DNA of 8,544 nucleotides from an archaeon (GTDB lineage Archaea; Iainarchaeota; Iainarchaeia; Iainarchaeales; CSSED10-239): NCBI GenBank assembly GCA_035387745.1, contig DAOOON010000027.1, positions 1 to 8,544 of the forward strand, read 5' to 3'. Shown piece by piece: positions 5,444 to 8,544 of this stretch (position 1 is its first letter; each line of letters starts with the position of its first letter). The notes under the pieces were generated by a model. It saw only the letters and a program-made list of their open reading frames with translations, ran no database searches and was not told where the DNA came from. The position numbers and the translations under genes were made by a program.

Positions 5444-6232
5444 TTATTTTTTCAACCCTAATATTTTGGATATAAATTGCCTTTTAATAATTTCTTGTGA
5501 TTTAATAGAATATATATTGACTTCTTCTCTTATTAATGTGTCTAAATATTTAAATAATTTTTTTTGCTCAATTACAGATCTATAAGACAACAGTTCTTTT
5601 GTCCGAGGATTAGATAATAACGCAGTTTTAATTTTTTTAGCAACCACGTATCTCAAATTAAACTTATTGTATTCCATATTTACTGTATTTAATAACTCTC
5701 TATAGTCCTCAAAAGAAATCAAAGAATTAGAATTAAGTAGTGCCAAATTATAATTGATTATGGTGTTAATTCTTTTTTTATCTGTGGCTTTAAGTAAATC
5801 ATAATCCTCTAATTCTTCTTGAATTAATCTTTTCTTTGCATCTGCTTTTGAAATAAGATTATTTTTAAATTTTTGATTTTTTACTTTTATAATTATAGAA
5901 AATGCTTCGTGCTTTAATTTTTTTAAATCTTCAAAAGTAATCTCTGGTAGGTCTTTTAGTCTTTTATACCAAAAATTGTTTAGATCTTTTTGTCCTTTTT
6001 TTGATAAAACTGCTAATGTCTTAACTCCAACCATTCTTCTTAAAATCTTTAATTTTGGATTAACTTTTCTATCTATTTCGCTTTGTATGCCTGGCGCATC
6101 TTCTGCCCAATATCTTTTCTCTTGAATTTTTCTAATGGTCGGAATTACTTTTTTAAATATTACTTTGTTCTTTTCAGGTAATGGAGTTATGGGATTTCCT
6201 TTTGTGTGTATCTTTATTTTTGGTTTTGGCAT
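5444..6232 (-). CDS. Hypothetical Lys-rich, predicted helical protein, 262 aa, Pro/Lys-rich N-terminus (MPKPKIKIHTKGNPITPLPEK...)
   Basis: The ORF starts 10 nt downstream of the archaeosortase-like gene's stop, with AGTGAGTGA upstream as a weak SD. I recognise no family. Confidence 0.7.
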   Translation of the reverse strand: MPKPKIKIHTKGNPITPLPEKNKVIFKKVIPTIRKIQEKRYWAEDAPGIQSEIDRKVNPKLKILRRMVGVKTLAVLSKKGQKDLNNFWYKRLKDLPEITFEDLKKLKHEAFSIIIKVKNQKFKNNLISKADAKKRLIQEELEDYDLLKATDKKRINTIINYNLALLNSNSLISFEDYRELLNTVNMEYNKFNLRYVVAKKIKTALLSNPRTKELLSYRSVIEQKKLFKYLDTLIREEVNIYSIKSQEIIKRQFISKILGLKK

Positions 6233-6242
6233 TTTTCTTCAC

Positions 6243-6797
6243 TCACTTTGTATTTATTCTAAACCAAACATAGTAGGTTCCAATAACTATAATAATAAGG
6301 AAAAGCCTAAAAAGGAAACCATGCACAAAATTTGCAAAAGACAAATTGTCGTTTATTATTATTAGAGAAGTAACAACTATTCTTGTAAGATTGAAAAATA
6401 TTATGACTGGAATTGCAAGAAGCGCGCCAAATATCCTTTTCTTTAGAGAAATACCTACTGACGAGAGGATTGCAGAAATTAGAAGAGAAAACTCCAAGAT
6501 GCCTGAACAAAGAAAAGAAATCACTATCGGCTCTTTTAGATTAGACACAAGAATGCTTGAAGTCTTAGTAAGAGAATCAAAAACAAAAGAATTACTTGCA
6601 CCAAAAACAGATAATAACACACTAGAAAAAAAACCAAAGAAATAATTTATATAGCCAGAAACTGGAGACTTAGCAAACAACAAATAAGAAAGAGAAAAAA
6701 CTAAAATAAACAAAAACAAGAAAAAAAGAGCTTTCTTGTGCTCTTTCTTATTTTTTAAATCTTTTTTAAATTTTTTAAAAAAAGAATTAGATTTCAT
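6243..6797 (-). CDS. Minimal exosortase/archaeosortase-family membrane protein (184 aa)
   Basis: It is polytopic, with about 5 hydrophobic segments. It has the motifs PIVISFLCSGILEF (Cys97, codon 6507..6509), FFNLTRIV (Arg139, 6381..6383) and FVHGFLFR (His159, 6321..6323). The CSG ... NxxRI ... H order and the 42-residue Cys-to-Arg spacing match the conserved core of the exosortase/archaeosortase family (Exosortase_EpsH, exo_archaeo). Haloferax ArtA has essential Cys173 and Arg214, 41 residues apart. Its ATG overlaps the rps8e stop (ATGA at 6794..6797). Confidence 0.65.
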   Translation of the reverse strand: MKSNSFFKKFKKDLKNKKEHKKALFFLFLFILVFSLSYLLFAKSPVSGYINYFFGFFSSVLLSVFGASNSFVFDSLTKTSSILVSNLKEPIVISFLCSGILEFSLLISAILSSVGISLKKRIFGALLAIPVIIFFNLTRIVVTSLIIINDNLSFANFVHGFLFRLFLIIIVIGTYYVWFRINTK

Positions 6798-7189
6798 TTA
6801 ACGAAAACACCAGTTACTTGGCCTGACTGACCTGGTCTTGATGTTACTTTTACCCTTGTTTCTTTACCATCTACATCTACTTTAAGGATTGCGCCTTTTG
6901 TAATAATCTTTTGTCTAACAAAGTGCTTATTTGCAGGATTCTCTGTAACATCTATAACTTTTGCTTTTATAGTCTTGTTGCCTTCAGAAACCAAAACAAA
7001 CTGAGCATGAGAAATCTTTATCTTCTTATTGCCGCCAACTGTTCTTGTCTTAAATCTCTTATCGACTTTAGCAACTGTTGTCTTTGAGAACTTTCCGCCT
7101 TTTTCGCTTAAAGACTTTGTTTTAGCATTAACTGCGTTATTTACGCCGCCTGTTGCTTTTCTCCTTGATACTCTTTTCCATTCAACCAT
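6794..7189 (-). CDS. rps8e: 30S ribosomal protein S8e
   Basis: The 131-aa product has the N-terminal W..VSRRKATGG motif and the C-terminal ENPANKHFVRQKIITKGAI ... TSRPGQSGQVTGV motifs characteristic of archaeal S8e (Ribosomal_S8e). The length is typical. Confidence 0.95.
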   Translation of the reverse strand: MVEWKRVSRRKATGGVNNAVNAKTKSLSEKGGKFSKTTVAKVDKRFKTRTVGGNKKIKISHAQFVLVSEGNKTIKAKVIDVTENPANKHFVRQKIITKGAILKVDVDGKETRVKVTSRPGQSGQVTGVFVK

Positions 7190-7294
7190 ATTTTATTCAC
7201 GTTTTTAATAATTAGAAATATATTATAAATATATGTCTTATATATATTATTGATATAGAAAACTATTTAAAAAGAACATACAAAGAGAAAAATT
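7190..7294. promoter_or_regulatory. Divergent promoter region between rps8e (-) and the 192-aa gene (+), with several TATA-like boxes
   Basis: CTATTTAAAAAG (7263..7274) is centred about 27 nt upstream of ATG 7295, which suggests a leaderless or very short-leader mRNA. On the minus strand, TTTATAATATATTT (7217..7230) lies about 34 nt upstream of the rps8e ATG. Confidence 0.35.
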
Positions 7295-7873
7295 ATGGCA
7301 AAACCACCAATTCCAAGACGCGTAATAAAAAGCAGACAGACAATACCACAATCTAAAATTAAGCCAATACTAAAATCCAATACAGAAAAGAAATATGAAA
7401 ATAGAGTAAGTATTGCTCATGAAAATATTCTAGAAGTCTTTGAAAAAATGGATTTTTTAAAAGATCTTATCGATAGCGATCCTGAATTTGTAAGACAATT
7501 TCACGATGCTAGAAAAAATCTAAAAAGTCTTGGGTTTTCTGGAAGCATTGATAATGCAATATATCAACAATTACTTTATGCAAAGGTCGCAAGAATAATA
7601 AAAAAAGACCCGTATTCTACAAGAGAAAGAATTCAAAAGATAAACAAAAAAATGAATGAAATTTATAATAATATTACAACAATTGAAAGCCTTCATGAAA
7701 AGAGAAAACCACATTTATCAAAGGAACAATTAACAAAATTAGAATTTGAAAAGAATGCAAAAATACTAGAATTAAAAAAACAATATTCAGAGTTGCTTGA
7801 AGAAAAACAACACATAAAAAAATTATTAAAGCTTACAATTAAGCAAATAGAAGAACTTGAAAATATTAGATAA
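7295..7873 (+). CDS. Hypothetical Lys/Glu-rich helical protein, 192 aa, Pro/Lys/Arg-rich N-terminus (MAKPPIPRRVIKSRQTIPQSKIKP...)
   Basis: The plus strand is A-rich over this ORF. The C-terminal third has coiled-coil character (KILELKKQYSELLEEKQHIKKLLKLTIKQIEELENI). I recognise no family. Confidence 0.65.
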   Translation: MAKPPIPRRVIKSRQTIPQSKIKPILKSNTEKKYENRVSIAHENILEVFEKMDFLKDLIDSDPEFVRQFHDARKNLKSLGFSGSIDNAIYQQLLYAKVARIIKKDPYSTRERIQKINKKMNEIYNNITTIESLHEKRKPHLSKEQLTKLEFEKNAKILELKKQYSELLEEKQHIKKLLKLTIKQIEELENIR

Positions 7874-8542
7874 TTAATCAAACACCCTTGAGAAAAGATA
7901 ATGCATCTTTTCTGCTTTCTTTGGGCCCATCTTCTCTACTTCTTGTAGCTCTTTAACTGATGCTTGAGAAATGTTTCTAATTGTTTTAAATCTTTTAAGA
8001 AGAGATTTGGCAAGCGTTGGGCCAATGTCTGGAAAGGATTCTAGAATAAAAAGTTGTTGATCAGAAAAAGACATCTTATTCTTACTGAAGCGATGTTTTA
8101 TTTCTGTCTTTACACCATATTGTTCTCTTTTAGCAATCACATAAAGAAATAATGCTGTTTCTTTTTGATTTCGCGTGAAAAATATTGGAATACGATAGTT
8201 AAGACCAATTGAAGTTATAAGACCTATCAAAGACTTGTTGTTGATTCTGTTACCATTATCTGAGAAGTTGATAATGCCTTCAATAATTAAGCCAGGTTTT
8301 GACACCTTCTCTGAAAGACTATCAAGTTGAGAGAAAATTCGCCCATCGATTATCGAGCTTTCAAGATCTGCTATTGTTTTTCTTTCTATCAAGACTTGGT
8401 CGCTTAGCTGATAATCGCCTAAGGAAAGCTGCTCGATAAGCACTTCAACTTCAAAAGAATCGTTAGAAAGGTTTTTTAATTCCTGATTGATTTGGCTAAC
8501 TCTTTCTCTTGTGTCACATACAATCTTTAGTTTTTGAGGCAT
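7874..8542 (-). CDS. xpf: Short-form XPF/ERCC4-family structure-specific endonuclease (nuclease domain + tandem helix-hairpin-helix), 222 aa
   Basis: The ERCC4 signature is present: VCDTRE (Asp10, Glu13) and GDY-x8-ERK-xxx-D (residues 42-59, nt 8366..8419), then DGR.F.Q. The C-terminal HhH2 reads FPDIGPTLAKSLLKRF ... LQEVEKMGPKKAEKM (about 7895..8047). There is no helicase domain, so this is the short archaeal XPF form. The ATG is at 8540..8542, so the gene is complete, but its promoter lies outside the window. Confidence 0.85.
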   Translation of the reverse strand: MPQKLKIVCDTRERVSQINQELKNLSNDSFEVEVLIEQLSLGDYQLSDQVLIERKTIADLESSIIDGRIFSQLDSLSEKVSKPGLIIEGIINFSDNGNRINNKSLIGLITSIGLNYRIPIFFTRNQKETALFLYVIAKREQYGVKTEIKHRFSKNKMSFSDQQLFILESFPDIGPTLAKSLLKRFKTIRNISQASVKELQEVEKMGPKKAEKMHYLFSRVFD

Positions 8543-8544
8543 AT

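Noticed and set aside
6135-6645. ORFs 6135..6365 (+), 6307..6510 (-) and 6346..6645 (+), which overlap the archaeosortase-like gene
   Set aside because: The 184-aa minus-strand frame has coherent TM helices, the family motifs and an ATGA-coupled start. The charged plus-strand products are what the antisense of Phe/Leu/Ile-rich codons would give. The 67-aa minus-strand ORF is an out-of-frame shadow.
7693-7881. 62-aa minus-strand ORF overlapping the 3' end of the 192-aa gene
   Set aside because: It is the antisense of Lys/Glu-rich coiled-coil coding sequence and gives a Phe/Ser/Asn/Cys-rich low-complexity product. It would also run across the XPF stop region.
1-8544. CRISPR arrays, rRNA/tRNA genes, transposases/integrases, terminal inverted repeats, toxin-antitoxin or known defence genes
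   Set aside because: I scanned both strands and found no regularly spaced direct repeats, no GC-rich structured RNA islands, and no ORF with recombinase, transposase or defence-type motifs.

Overview
This is an AT-rich window (roughly 30% G+C by eye) that looks like archaeal chromosome. The proteome is Lys/Asn/Ile-rich, which suggests a small-genome DPANN-type archaeon, but that placement is inference. I support nine protein-coding genes, seven of them on the minus strand, and I see no rRNA, tRNA, CRISPR array, transposase or integrase. Two genes are recognisable housekeeping anchors: ribosomal protein S8e (6794..7189, -) and a short-form ERCC4/XPF nuclease with a C-terminal HhH2 (7874..8542, -). 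The most interesting content is a set of cell-surface genes. (1) A 184-aa polytopic membrane protein (6243..6797, -) carries the Cys/Arg/His motif pattern and spacing of the exosortase/archaeosortase family. Its start overlaps the S8e stop in an ATGA, and two Lys-rich orphan genes follow it tightly. (2) A 900-aa secreted, sequon-rich modular protein (1712..4414, -) has four Cys-bracketed modules, hyper-acidic linkers and a very Tyr-rich N-terminal domain. Its C-terminus (short motif, TM helix, RKR) has sorting-signal architecture but matches none of the named -CTERM motifs. (3) A ~536-aa protein (5..1615, -) has a class III (prepilin-type) signal peptide, three copies of a 6-Cys CGNG..E.GE.CD repeat and a PA14-like insert, so it looks like an oversized pilin-like adhesin. 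I read these together as a candidate, uncharacterised surface-anchoring/attachment system made of a minimal archaeosortase, its putative substrate and a pilin-like adhesin. That reading rests on motifs visible by eye and needs HMM, structure and genome-wide checks. Four remaining genes (128, 146, 262 and 192 aa) are Lys/Glu-rich predicted helical proteins that I cannot assign to any family.
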